A stretch of 64,000 nucleotides of DNA, from NCBI GenBank assembly GCA_019058315.1, contig JAHPZH010000009.1, positions 1-64,000 of the forward strand. The letters run 5' to 3'. Positions 16,534 through 26,315 of this stretch are shown here, piece by piece (the stretch's first letter is position 1; each line of letters opens with the position of its first letter). Below the pieces are notes generated by a model, which did no database searches, was not told the DNA's origin, and saw only the letters and a program-made list of their open reading frames with translations. The position numbers were made by a program, and so were the translations under genes. This DNA comes from Candidatus Helarchaeota archaeon (GTDB lineage: Archaea > Asgardarchaeota > Lokiarchaeia > Helarchaeales > RDOG01).

Positions 16534-16670
16534 TGGTGGACCGGCCGGGCTTCGATCCCGGGACCTTCACGAATTTGGCTTAAATCTCCATGATTTAGGG
16601 ATGCCAACGTGACGATTTTGGCTTAAATCAATCATTTAAATTTTAAACTACCAGACTGATCTACCGGCCC
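16534..16670 (-). tRNA. tRNA-Ala(GGC) with two introns: 22/23 (16617-16647), 37/38 (16573-16601)
   Basis: G3.U70 pair; BHB helices TGGT/GCCA and TTGG/CCAA; encoded CCA. Confidence 0.92.
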
Positions 16671-16719
16671 AATTTGATTTTTAGGAATGAAAATTAATAA
16701 GTTAATAAAAAAAGTTGTT

Positions 16720-16905
16720 CTACTTTAACCGTAAACCGTTAATTTTTTTATTTTGCCAATTGTATCTTCTTATTTTTTTTGAAGATCCAAATCCACAAGA
16801 TGCGCAAGTCTTATTACGTACGTGGTAAGAGCGATTTCCACAGCGTCTACATCGTATATGAGTTTTTTTATGTTTTTTTCCAAATGAAGGTGTACCTTTT
16901 CCCAC
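16720..16905 (-). CDS. rpl37e: 50S ribosomal protein L37e
   Basis: [22 protein letters not shown]....CASCGFG; start probably the GTG at 16905. Confidence 0.97.
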   Translation of the reverse strand: MGKGTPSFGKKHKKTHIRCRRCGNRSYHVRNKTCASCGFGSSKKIRRYNWQNKKINGLRLK

Positions 16906-16922
16906 TTTAATCAACTATTTTT

Positions 16923-17168
16923 TTAGATTTTTATTCGAGGTGGACTAATAATTATGACGTTATCTCCTCGGACTATTATAGTTCCAAGATTTTTAATGTT
17001 CTCCTCATCACCATAAACGACTTCTTCGGCATTTTCTAAAACTAAATTCATGTGTTGATCAAAACCACGTAATTTACCACGTAATTCTCGTCCACCTTTA
17101 AGTTTAATTAGTACTCTTTGGTCTAAGGATTTTGATAATAAATCTAACGGTTTTTGCGAATTAATCAC
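16923..17168 (-). CDS. Lsm/SmAP1 Sm-like RNA-binding protein
   Basis: GKLRGFDQHMNLVL and IVRGDNV; conserved position upstream of rpl37e. Confidence 0.96.
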   Translation of the reverse strand: MINSQKPLDLLSKSLDQRVLIKLKGGRELRGKLRGFDQHMNLVLENAEEVVYGDEENIKNLGTIIVRGDNVIIISPPRIKI

Positions 17169-17412
17169 TTTTCAATCTTCTCCATTCTTCTCTATTATCT
17201 TCTTCTCGTTTTCAATCTTCTCTATTTTCCGATATTGAGACTTTTAATTTTACTTTATACCTTTTTTAATATTATGATTTCTATTCTATAAATTTAAGGT
17301 TATAATTATTCAGTTTAATTAAATTTCTATAAAAATCATTATAATACTTTATTAAAAATTGTTTGCACAAAGTCCAAGCAAAGAAATCTAGTCATTTAAA
17401 CATAATAATTTT

Positions 17413-17919
17413 TTATTCTAATTGTTTAATGAAAGTCCAAATTTTATCTCCAACGTAATGGAGATTTTGTATTGCTTTTCCCTTGTTGCTGCTTTTTATT
17501 TGTTCTGAATCCATTAATGCTATACCAATGGCGATAGGTTTATCATGAATTTCATCAACAATAACAACATAATCACCTTTTTGTATTTTTGGATCAACTT
17601 CAGTAATACCTGGAACCATCACTTGGGCACCTTTAGTCACATATGGGATCGCACCTTTATCAACTGTTATTTTAGGGAGAATTATCAGATCTTCTATCAT
17701 GGCCTGAATTGAAGGTAGCAATTCATCTTCAAATTTAATGAATAATACTTGTTTATTAATTACATAAAGATTAATTTCATCAGATTTAATCAGCTCAACT
17801 TGACTATTCTTTGGAATAAGGAGTTCAGGGTCTAAAAAAAATTTCTTTTTAATTGTTTCCCGTAGTTTTTTAATTATTTTAGATCGAAGAAAATGTCGTT
17901 CATGTATTTTGAAAGTCAC
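17413..17919 (-). CDS. Pre-PUA/PUA domain RNA-binding protein (DUF1947, MCT-1-like)
   Basis: VDKGAIPYVTKGAQVMVPGI; GKAIQNLHYVGDKIW. Confidence 0.9.
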   Translation of the reverse strand: MTFKIHERHFLRSKIIKKLRETIKKKFFLDPELLIPKNSQVELIKSDEINLYVINKQVLFIKFEDELLPSIQAMIEDLIILPKITVDKGAIPYVTKGAQVMVPGITEVDPKIQKGDYVVIVDEIHDKPIAIGIALMDSEQIKSSNKGKAIQNLHYVGDKIWTFIKQLE

Positions 17920-18074
17920 AGTTGAATACCTCTATATTGAGAAATAAATGTATTTTGCCTTTTTAGTTTTATAATTTCTAAATGGTATGTGGATATTACT
18001 TTATTTATTATATTTCATCGAATAATTTAATTTCAAGTGAGATTATATTTGAATATCTTTAAGGTTCTGAAATT

Positions 18075-18479
18075 ATGAGAATTATTGATTTTTTTAAGAA
18101 ACTAAGGAAAAGAAAAAGGGAAGAGTCATCTGAAATGAATGAAAAGAATGCCAGTACTTCAAGGAGATCAAGATTTCGAAATTCTAATATATTAAAAATC
18201 AAATCCCAATATATTAAAGCACTACCATTATTAGGATTAGCAGACATACCATCGATTCAAACAGAAATCAAGGGAGGAAATATTGTCATATTAAATATTT
18301 CTCATTTTTTAAAAAATTCTGGAAATAAAACTCGGGAACTAAAAAGAGCTGTTGATCAATTATCTTACATATCTAAAATACATGAAGGAGAAATCGCGCA
18401 ATTAGGGGATAAATATATTATTATGACTCCTAGTCCTAGTATAAAAATTTGGAGAGAAAAATTACAAATTAATTTTTAA
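18075..18479 (+). CDS. sepF: Cell division protein SepF-like (DUF552)
   Basis: GNIVILNIS..ELKRAVDQL..GEIAQLG..IIMTP. Confidence 0.8.
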   Translation: MRIIDFFKKLRKRKREESSEMNEKNASTSRRSRFRNSNILKIKSQYIKALPLLGLADIPSIQTEIKGGNIVILNISHFLKNSGNKTRELKRAVDQLSYISKIHEGEIAQLGDKYIIMTPSPSIKIWREKLQINF

Positions 18480-18480
18480 T

Positions 18481-20397
18481 TTATCTCAGCCTTAAAATTT
18501 CCATATTTAGAGGGGCTCTGGTTTCAGCTCGAATAATTTTATGAATAGCACTGGCTAATGAAAGGCATTTTGCCTCTTCTCCATGACATGTAATTACTCT
18601 CTCTGGTTTAGGACGGACTTTTCTGATAAATTCCAGTAGTTGCTGCCTTGAAGAATGACCTGAGAATCCTTCGTTAATTGCTATTTCCATTTTTATATGA
18701 ACTACTCTACTTCTGCCATTTGCTTCTCTCATTGGTATATCTCTCCACCCTTTTTGAATTCTTCTCCCTAAAGTTCCTTCGATTTGATAACTAACAAATA
18801 ATAAGTAGTTTCTGGGATCCTCAGCTAACATTTTAAGATATTCCAAGGAGGGACCACCATTAAGCATTCCTGATGTAGCTAAAATAACACAAGGTTCTCC
18901 TTCTATTATATTTATTCTAGAGTCTGATGTATCTACTTGTTGGAAGAATTCTGAAAGAAATGGATTATGTCCTTGGTGGAATATCATATCACGTAATTCG
19001 TTTGATAAATCCTCAGGGTGCGTTGTATGTATTGCAGTTGCTTCTGAAATTAAACCATCAATATAAACTGGAGTCTCCTTTAAAATACCCCGACGCATAA
19101 ATTCTTCCAAAGTTATAATCAACTCTTGAGCACGACCTACAGCTAGAACAGGAATCAACACTTTTCCACCGCGATTTAATGTTCTATTAATACCAGTTAC
19201 TAACTGTTTTTCGGCTTCACGACGGGAAGGCATTGCATCAGTAGAACCACCATAAGTGCTCTCAATGATAAGTGTTTCTAATCTGGGAAAATTAAAATGA
19301 GCAGGTTCTAGTAATCTAGTTTTTGTGAATTTAAAATCACCCGTATATGCTAAGTTATACATACCATCATTAATATGCAAATGAATTATTGAAGATCCTA
19401 AAATATGACCTGCATTATGTAAAGTCAATCTAACATCCGGAGCAATATCGGTTACCTCACCATATTCTAAAGGTATTGTGTGAAGAACCATCTTTTTAAC
19501 ATCTTTTTGATCATATGGAAGAAATTTTCCTTCTCGTTTAGCAACATCTAAATAGTCTAATTGAAGGAGAGTCATTATATTTCTTGTAGCTGTTGTACAA
19601 TAAACTGGCCCTCGATATCCATATTTAAATAGAAAAGGTAGAAATCCATGATGGTCCAAATGACTATGTGAAATTATTACCGCGTCTAATTCTTGAATAT
19701 CAAATTCTGGGAGGTCCAATTGTGGAAAAATATTATAATTACCACCAATATTTATCCCACAATCAAGTAAAACATTACTTTCTTTAGTTTGTATTAAAAA
19801 TGAACTTCTGCCAACTTCTCTAAATCCACCAAAAGTAATCATTCTGATATAGAAATTCTGTTGGTTAGGTTGAAATAAACGCCTATGAATTCGCGCACCA
19901 ACATTTTTTAGAATTTTTTTTCGTTTTACAGTACCCTTTCTTAATACATCCCGTATTCCACTGACCATTTTTGAGGTTAAGGGTGGAGTGCGAATAACAT
20001 TTGGTCTCCATAAAATATTTTTAGTAATTTCTCTTAGGGTGGAACCATTTTTTCCAATAACAAGACCTGGTTTTTTAGCTTCTATAATAACCTCACCAAG
20101 ATTTTCATCAAAATCAATTGTTGTAACGCCTGCTTTTTCTGGGCATAAATCCGAAATAATTTTTTTTGCTTCGTCTATAGGTATTCTAACGCTTGGATCT
20201 GATCTTATCACTAGACGTTTTCTAATTTTTTTAGCTAATTCTTTAACATTTTCTTTATAATCTATCAAGATCTTCGGGTTGTTAGAATATATAGCAATTT
20301 CTGGACCTTCAAATTCAATATCAGTAACTCCAGAGTCAGGATGAACTTTTTTTAAAATTGATTGCCTAAGTTCCTCTAATATTGCTTGTGAAAACAT
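18481..20397 (-). CDS. fttA: beta-CASP ribonuclease aCPSF1/FttA (KH domains)
   Basis: FEGPEIA, KPGLVIGKNG, GGFREVGRS, HSHLDH, AGHILGS, FSGHS. Confidence 0.97.
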   Translation of the reverse strand: MFSQAILEELRQSILKKVHPDSGVTDIEFEGPEIAIYSNNPKILIDYKENVKELAKKIRKRLVIRSDPSVRIPIDEAKKIISDLCPEKAGVTTIDFDENLGEVIIEAKKPGLVIGKNGSTLREITKNILWRPNVIRTPPLTSKMVSGIRDVLRKGTVKRKKILKNVGARIHRRLFQPNQQNFYIRMITFGGFREVGRSSFLIQTKESNVLLDCGINIGGNYNIFPQLDLPEFDIQELDAVIISHSHLDHHGFLPFLFKYGYRGPVYCTTATRNIMTLLQLDYLDVAKREGKFLPYDQKDVKKMVLHTIPLEYGEVTDIAPDVRLTLHNAGHILGSSIIHLHINDGMYNLAYTGDFKFTKTRLLEPAHFNFPRLETLIIESTYGGSTDAMPSRREAEKQLVTGINRTLNRGGKVLIPVLAVGRAQELIITLEEFMRRGILKETPVYIDGLISEATAIHTTHPEDLSNELRDMIFHQGHNPFLSEFFQQVDTSDSRINIIEGEPCVILATSGMLNGGPSLEYLKMLAEDPRNYLLFVSYQIEGTLGRRIQKGWRDIPMREANGRSRVVHIKMEIAINEGFSGHSSRQQLLEFIRKVRPKPERVITCHGEEAKCLSLASAIHKIIRAETRAPLNMEILRLR

Positions 20398-20473
20398 AAT
20401 TTAACTTCCTTTTTAAAAATAAGGTGATCTTAAATGATCTAAATTATTTTGAAATGGTGTATTTAAGCCATAT

Positions 20474-21097
20474 TTAAATTTCTTTTCCAATTGTTTTTAA
20501 TTCTGAATTTATATCCTCATCGGGAATTTCTCTGTAACCAGTCTTATCAATAGCTACAATATCTATACCATTACCAGAACCGATATCACGCTCGATAGAA
20601 GATCGTACAGAATGAATTGCAATTGGGATTGCTTGCTGGATAGTTAAGCCTTCCTTTTCATCATAACTATCTTCAAGCACTCCAATAGCATAAGGTGTTC
20701 CAGATCCAGTGGCACAAAAAGTTTTTTCCTCAATTAATGATCCTACTGGGTCTAGAGTAAAAATTTTTGGTCCAGAAGCATCTAAACCACCAATTATTAT
20801 TTGTGTAATATATGGAAAATATCTTCTGCCAAATAATATATTAGAAAATAATCTTGCTGCAGCAGCAACAGAAATCTTTGAATTTTGATTAATTTGATAT
20901 AGACTGCATTCAGCTCGCATGATATCTACTAGAGTCTGGGCATCTGCAACTACTCCAGCAGTTGTCAAGCCTATATGATCAATTATTTTATAAATCTTTT
21001 TCGAATGTTTATGAGCTACATAATACCCTTCGGTTGCTCTCCTATCAGTTCCAAAAATAATGCCGTCTTTACATACAATTCCTAATGTTGTTGTCAT
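20474..21097 (-). CDS. psmB: Proteasome subunit beta
   Basis: TTTLG, GTDRRAT, AGVVADAQ, ATGSG, RDIGSGNG; adjacent to aCPSF1. Confidence 0.95.
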   Translation of the reverse strand: MTTTLGIVCKDGIIFGTDRRATEGYYVAHKHSKKIYKIIDHIGLTTAGVVADAQTLVDIMRAECSLYQINQNSKISVAAAARLFSNILFGRRYFPYITQIIIGGLDASGPKIFTLDPVGSLIEEKTFCATGSGTPYAIGVLEDSYDEKEGLTIQQAIPIAIHSVRSSIERDIGSGNGIDIVAIDKTGYREIPDEDINSELKTIGKEI

Positions 21098-21471
21098 AAA
21101 AGTTCCTCATTAATTCTCTTTGCTTTTAAAACATTTAAAACAAGTCATTAAACAAGGATTTTTGTGAATTCGTGGAAAAATTTTATGTAAATATTGTGAG
21201 TTTTAAATTTCCTTATTAAATAATTATTCAAAAAAGAATAACGATTGTAATTTTATTTTTATTTTATTTAAATTTTCGCCTACTATTTAATATATAATAT
21301 TTATTTAAACTTGCTCATTAAATCTCTAATTTCAATTTTTAAAATTAAAATGCATGAAACATAAAATATTCAACATAATATTATAAGATTTTCTCTTATT
21401 TTGCATATTAGCTTATCAAATATCGCTTTTTATCTATTATCTACAAATGATTTAGGAATAAAATAAATAAG

Positions 21472-21948
21472 ATGAGTTTAATAGATCTTCTTTATATGAA
21501 TAATAAAATTGTTACTTTAATAGGACGAAAGCAAGCAAAAATTGGATATAAGTTTACTTTTCTAAAACCAGCAAATAAAGAATGTGAAAAATGCAAATTA
21601 TATACGTCATGTATTGAAAATCTCAAGGAAGGACAAACATACGAAATTGTTGCGATTAGAAAGAAATTTCATGAATGTCCAGTTCATGAAGATGGAGTCC
21701 AGATAGTTGAGGTTAAAGAAAAGGAGAAAATTGCTCTTATCGAATCTAAAATTGCGTTTGAAGGTGCAATTATTACATTTTTAACTCCAAATTGCAGAGA
21801 ATTCACTTGTAAGTCATATGAAAGATGCAATACTAACTTAGAAAGCGAAAAAAAATACAAAATCATCGAGGTCTTAGAAGAACAACCCTGTAAATTGGGT
21901 AAAAAATTAAAATTAGCTAAATTAAAATATTTTGGAAAAGCCATTTAA
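21472..21948 (+). CDS. UPF0179 family protein
   Basis: VTLIG..A..G..F, CEKC, HECPVHE.GV..VEV. Confidence 0.85.
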   Translation: MSLIDLLYMNNKIVTLIGRKQAKIGYKFTFLKPANKECEKCKLYTSCIENLKEGQTYEIVAIRKKFHECPVHEDGVQIVEVKEKEKIALIESKIAFEGAIITFLTPNCREFTCKSYERCNTNLESEKKYKIIEVLEEQPCKLGKKLKLAKLKYFGKAI

Positions 21949-22047
21949 AACATTTAAAATTTTAATAATATAAAATAAGAGAAAGCTAGTAAGGATGGAT
22001 TAAAAATTAGTGCCAAAAAAAAGACGAGTAAACAGAAAAAAGAAAAA

Positions 22048-22857
22048 GTGAAAGAAAAAAAGATCAAAAAAGAGGAAAAAGAAACTACAACAAAGAAACT
22101 TGAAAAAGGAGATTTAGTTTTAGTGGATTTAATTGGAAGAATTAAGAGTAATAATAAATTATTTGATGTAACTTCTGAAGAAATTGCAAAAAAAGAGGGA
22201 GTTTATTCAGAAAAGGATTTATACGGCCCCCGACTTGTTATTGTTGGAGAAGGTGGTTCTATACTTGATGGTTTAAACAAAGAAATTGAAAACATGACCG
22301 TAGGTGAGACTAAAAAGATCGAACTAGCTCCCAAAGAAGCTTTTGGTGAAAGAGATATAGCAAATATAAAAAGATATAGTGAACGTGAATTAATTAAAAA
22401 GTATCAGATTGAGCCACGTAAATCATTAGGAAAAAGAGTGAATATTGGTGGCAAAGCTGGATATATAGTAAATGTTAGTAGTGGGCGTGTACGAGTAGAT
22501 TATAACCATCCTTTAGCAGGAGAAACCGTTATTTACGAAATAACCGTAAATAAAAAACTTAAAGACAATACTGAAAAGATTCAACAATTTATAAATATGT
22601 ATTTTGGGGGAATTGCCACAGATAAATTTGATTTTAATATTTTAATAGATGAGAAAAAAGTTAGTATTAATTTACCTTACCCGTTTTCCTTAATGCAAGG
22701 AATTGGAAATGTGAAATTTAGAATTTCGCAAAGCATCTTTCAATTTATAGAAAAAATAGAAACTGTTGAATTTAAAGAAGTAATGGAGAAAAAAATGTTT
22801 ATGCCTTCAGAAGAACATGAAAATCATGACCATGAAAATCATGAACATTCTACTTGA
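22048..22857 (+). CDS. Long archaeal FKBP-type peptidyl-prolyl isomerase (SlyD-like) with His-rich tail
   Basis: PKEAFGERD, VDYNHPLAGE; EHENHDHENHEH tail; start may be upstream (ATT 22006). Confidence 0.92.
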   Translation: MKEKKIKKEEKETTTKKLEKGDLVLVDLIGRIKSNNKLFDVTSEEIAKKEGVYSEKDLYGPRLVIVGEGGSILDGLNKEIENMTVGETKKIELAPKEAFGERDIANIKRYSERELIKKYQIEPRKSLGKRVNIGGKAGYIVNVSSGRVRVDYNHPLAGETVIYEITVNKKLKDNTEKIQQFINMYFGGIATDKFDFNILIDEKKVSINLPYPFSLMQGIGNVKFRISQSIFQFIEKIETVEFKEVMEKKMFMPSEEHENHDHENHEHST

Positions 22858-22859
22858 AA

Positions 22860-23405
22860 TTATCTTTCTTTTCTTAGATACTCACCTAAATCCATTATAA
22901 TCTTAATTATTATTTTGTTAGGATTTGTTATTTTTGAAAGATCCTCAGAATCATTTAAAAATCTGCCTAGTGCAATACTCTCTTTTAATTCATTTCGTAA
23001 AATAACAAATTCATCTTTCTTAATTCGAGTCTCAACCTTCTTTATTAATTTTAACGGGATATTTTTACCATATAAGGCGGTTTGCTCTCCTTTTCCAGTT
23101 AAAATTACATTTTTTTCTGTATGTTCTGAGATAAATTCAAGTGCTGCTATTTGGAATTTAAATTGTTTTTTTAATAGGTCTCCAAAATGGATGCCAATAA
23201 AACTGGGAGACTCTTTTTCTTTGATTTGATTAAAAATTTCGACTATTTGAAGAGGAACTAAAAATATGCTTTTCAATTTACCTTCTGCTACAATTAATTG
23301 ATAATTTTTTTGGATATTCTCAAAAATATTTGGTCCAAATTTAGAACTAATATCTTTCCGGATGATTTTTTCTTCAGATGGAGCTATAACCCTGAATTTT
23401 ACCAT
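22860..23405 (-). CDS. Nip7-like ribosome biogenesis PUA protein
   Basis: EQTALYGKNI, DLGEYLRKER; coupled to the Nop2-family gene. Confidence 0.8.
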   Translation of the reverse strand: MVKFRVIAPSEEKIIRKDISSKFGPNIFENIQKNYQLIVAEGKLKSIFLVPLQIVEIFNQIKEKESPSFIGIHFGDLLKKQFKFQIAALEFISEHTEKNVILTGKGEQTALYGKNIPLKLIKKVETRIKKDEFVILRNELKESIALGRFLNDSEDLSKITNPNKIIIKIIMDLGEYLRKER

Positions 23406-23410
23406 ATATT

Positions 23411-24367
23411 TTACCTTTTTCTCATTTTACAAATAAAAAATCCTTCAGTTCTATGAAAATGTGGGTAAAACCTTTTGCTTTTTATTAAATTTGGGTCCAA
23501 TTTCAATCCAAAGGCAGAGGTTAATCCTTCCTTTCCAAAACTTATGTTTAAATCTAAAATCTCTACTTTTTTTTCCATTAAAAGTGAATTTATTACAAAT
23601 TCATTTTCTTCAGGAGCAATAGAACAAGTTGAATAAACTATAATTCCGTCCCTTTTTACGCATTCAATGGCAACTTGTAATAAATTCTTCTGTCTATTAG
23701 AACAAAATACAATATCCTCCAATTTTCTACTTTTCTTTCGTGAAGGGTCGAAACATATTAATCCTTCTCCAGTACAAGGTGCATCTAATAATATTTTGTC
23801 TGCTTTTATTCCAATTTTTTCTATTTCTAATGCGTTTAAATTAAAACCAATGGTATTTTTAACTCCACAGCGTTCTAAATTGTATCTTAGAGATTTCATT
23901 CTCTTTGGATTAATATCAAAAGCTAAAATAACTCCCTTATTCTTCATTAATTGGGCTAAATGAGTCGTTTTTCCTCCTGGTGCGGAGCACATATCAATTA
24001 CTATATCCTTTGGAGTAGGTTCCAAGACTTGAGCGGGAATCATTGAGACAGCCTGTTGAACATAATAATAACCTAGTAGATATTCAGGTGTAGCTCCTAA
24101 AGGATATTTGCTTTTCGTAATCCAATATCCATAATTTGTCCAAGGAATATGTTTTAATTGAAACCCTTTTTTTTCTAATCTCCTCTTTAATTTTAATGGA
24201 TCCATCTTTAAAGTATTGAGTCTTATTGATGGATAAAACTTTGCCTCATTAGCTTCTAAAAGCTTAATTGTTTGCTCCTTTCCAAACAATTTAAAATATC
24301 TTTCTACCATATATTCTAAATATCCAAACTTTTTTGATAATTCTTTAATTATCAATTCATCGTCCAT
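23411..24367 (-). CDS. NOL1/NOP2/Sun RNA m5C methyltransferase
   Basis: DMCSAPGGKT, LLDAPCTG, VYSTCS, EENE. Confidence 0.95.
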   Translation of the reverse strand: MDDELIIKELSKKFGYLEYMVERYFKLFGKEQTIKLLEANEAKFYPSIRLNTLKMDPLKLKRRLEKKGFQLKHIPWTNYGYWITKSKYPLGATPEYLLGYYYVQQAVSMIPAQVLEPTPKDIVIDMCSAPGGKTTHLAQLMKNKGVILAFDINPKRMKSLRYNLERCGVKNTIGFNLNALEIEKIGIKADKILLDAPCTGEGLICFDPSRKKSRKLEDIVFCSNRQKNLLQVAIECVKRDGIIVYSTCSIAPEENEFVINSLLMEKKVEILDLNISFGKEGLTSAFGLKLDPNLIKSKRFYPHFHRTEGFFICKMRKR

Positions 24368-24456
24368 ATTTTTTCCTCAAATTTATTAATGCACCATGAG
24401 TTTTTTAATTGAATTAAAAGTCAAAGCTTGGTTAGAGAATGAAAAAGAACTTAAAG
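24214..24456. repeat. Copy 1 of ~245-bp direct repeat (intact Nop2 5' end + divergent spacer + decayed cyaB 5' end)
   Basis: Near-identical to 26070-26315. Confidence 0.92.
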
Positions 24457-24936
24457 AATCTTAATTTTACTTTTTATTTAGACTATTTAAAAATTCTATA
24501 ATGTTTTCTTCAGCTATTTTTATTCGTTCTTTTAAAGATAGATTTTGATGGGGCATCCATGTTAATATTTATTGAAATGATATACCTGTAATCCCTTAAT
24601 ATAATGAAAAGATCAATAATTATAACTTTAAAAAATATTATTTTGGATGGAAAAAAATCTCTAAAGTCTTGAACATAAAAACAATCATAAATCTTTTTGG
24701 GCCTCCCAAAGCAAATCATCTTCATAATCCCAAAAGTCCTCTTATTCTTATATAATGTCCTTTTTATTATAAAATTGCTCTTCTCGTCCATATTTTCTTA
24801 TTAATTTAATGATATTTGTAAAAATAAAAAAACCTAGTCATTAAAAAAAATCTAATTTTAATGATTTTAAAAATTCAATCCAAATTTAGTTTTAAAATAT
24901 CAAAAAAGAGATCTATAGAGTAAGGAAATGTGCTAA

Positions 24937-25923
24937 ATGGATAAAAAAATTAAAAAAATTAAACTAACTGGAGTAGATATCGAAATTACACCCATTGGTC
25001 TTGGTGTGGCGCAGTTTTCAGGCGGGTCTGGTGGTATTGCCGGAAGATATTGGCCTAAAATGCCTAGAGATACCATGGATCAAATTGTTAAAATCGCAAT
25101 AGATGGTGGTATAAATTGGTTTGATACTGCAGAAGCATATGGAAATGGAGCAAGTGAAGAAAATTTAGCTAAAGCCCTTAAAGCTAATAATATAAAAGAT
25201 GAAGATGTGATTATTGCAGATAAATGGTGGCCTGTTTTTAAATTTGCAAAATCAATTCGAAGAACAATTGATAGGAGACTAAAATATTTAGATGGGTTCT
25301 CAATTGATATATATCAAATTCATCAACCATATTCGATTTCTTCAACCAAATCTCAAATGGATGCTATGGCAGATCTGGTTGAAAATGGCAAAATACGTTC
25401 TGTTGGAGTTAGTAATTTTTCAGTAAAAAAGATGGAACGTGCTTATGATACATTAAAAGATCGTGGGTTACAATTAGTATCTAATGAGGTTAAGTATAAC
25501 CTTCTTGAAAGAAAAATAGAGAGTAATGGTTTGCTAGAAAAGGCAAAAGAATTAGGGATTAAAATTATTGCTTGGTCACCACTTGAGCAAGGGGTCCTAA
25601 CAGGAAAATATCATAAGGATGCGAATCTTCGTAAAAATTTAAGTTTTTTACGAAAGCATTTGTATGCTTTTAGTTCAAAAAAATTAGAACGTAGTAGACC
25701 ATTAATGAATGCCTTAGAAGAAATTGCAGCTACACATGAAGTTAAACCATCAGAAGTTGCACTTAATTGGCTTATTAATTTCGAAAAGAATCAAGGGAAT
25801 GTTTTAGTAATACCAGGTGCGTCAAAGATTCATCATATTGAACAAAATTTAGGTGCAATGTATTTTGAACTTACAAAGGACGAAATGCAACAAATTGATG
25901 AATTATCAGAAAGATACAAATAA
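24937..25923 (+). CDS. Aldo/keto reductase
   Basis: WFDTAEAYGNG, IYQIHQP, SVGVSNF, AWSPLEQG, VIPGA. Confidence 0.95.
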   Translation: MDKKIKKIKLTGVDIEITPIGLGVAQFSGGSGGIAGRYWPKMPRDTMDQIVKIAIDGGINWFDTAEAYGNGASEENLAKALKANNIKDEDVIIADKWWPVFKFAKSIRRTIDRRLKYLDGFSIDIYQIHQPYSISSTKSQMDAMADLVENGKIRSVGVSNFSVKKMERAYDTLKDRGLQLVSNEVKYNLLERKIESNGLLEKAKELGIKIIAWSPLEQGVLTGKYHKDANLRKNLSFLRKHLYAFSSKKLERSRPLMNALEEIAATHEVKPSEVALNWLINFEKNQGNVLVIPGASKIHHIEQNLGAMYFELTKDEMQQIDELSERYK

Positions 25924-25961
25924 AAAAAATTATTAAATAAAAAAGAATTTACATCTAGGGT

Positions 25962-26070
25962 TTATACTGCGAAGATGAGCGGTGGAATTACCCAACTTGA
26001 AATTAGTGCTAAAACAATTGTGCTTGTCAATGGACAAGTCAGATTATCAAAACCTTTTGGTGTGATTGCT
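25962..26070 (-). pseudogene. C-terminal fragment of a phytol/dolichol-kinase-like membrane gene
   Basis: Reads AITPKGFDNLTCPL..hydrophobic..stop, resembling the SPxGxDNLxxP motif; no N-terminus. Confidence 0.45.
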
Positions 26071-26315
26071 ATTCAATCTTATTGAAGGAAAAAACTTCGC
26101 CTCATTAGCTTCTAAAAGCTTAATTGTTTGCTGTTTTCCAAACAATTTAAAATATCTTTCTACCATATATTCTAGATATTCAAACTTTTTTGATAATTCT
26201 TTAATTATCAATTTATCGGTCATATTTTTTCCTCAAATTTATTAATGCAACCGTGTTATTCATGATTGAAGTTGAAGTGAAAGCTTGGTTAGAAAATGAA
26301 AGGAAACTAGAACAA
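26070..26315. repeat. Copy 2 of ~245-bp direct repeat (truncated Nop2 5' end + intact cyaB start)
   Basis: Minus strand encodes MTDKLIIKELSKKFEYLEYMVERYF... versus Nop2 MDDELIIKELSKKFGYLEYMVERYF. Confidence 0.92.

Noticed and set aside
17172-17240. AGAAGATTGAAAA repeats upstream of Lsm as a small ORF or N-terminal extension
   Set aside because: An in-frame TGA precedes the Lsm start and the alternative frame has no start codon; low-complexity purine tract
24510-24791. 93-aa ORF as a real gene
   Set aside because: No recognisable motif; only the first few bases resemble the Nop2 start; likely rearrangement debris
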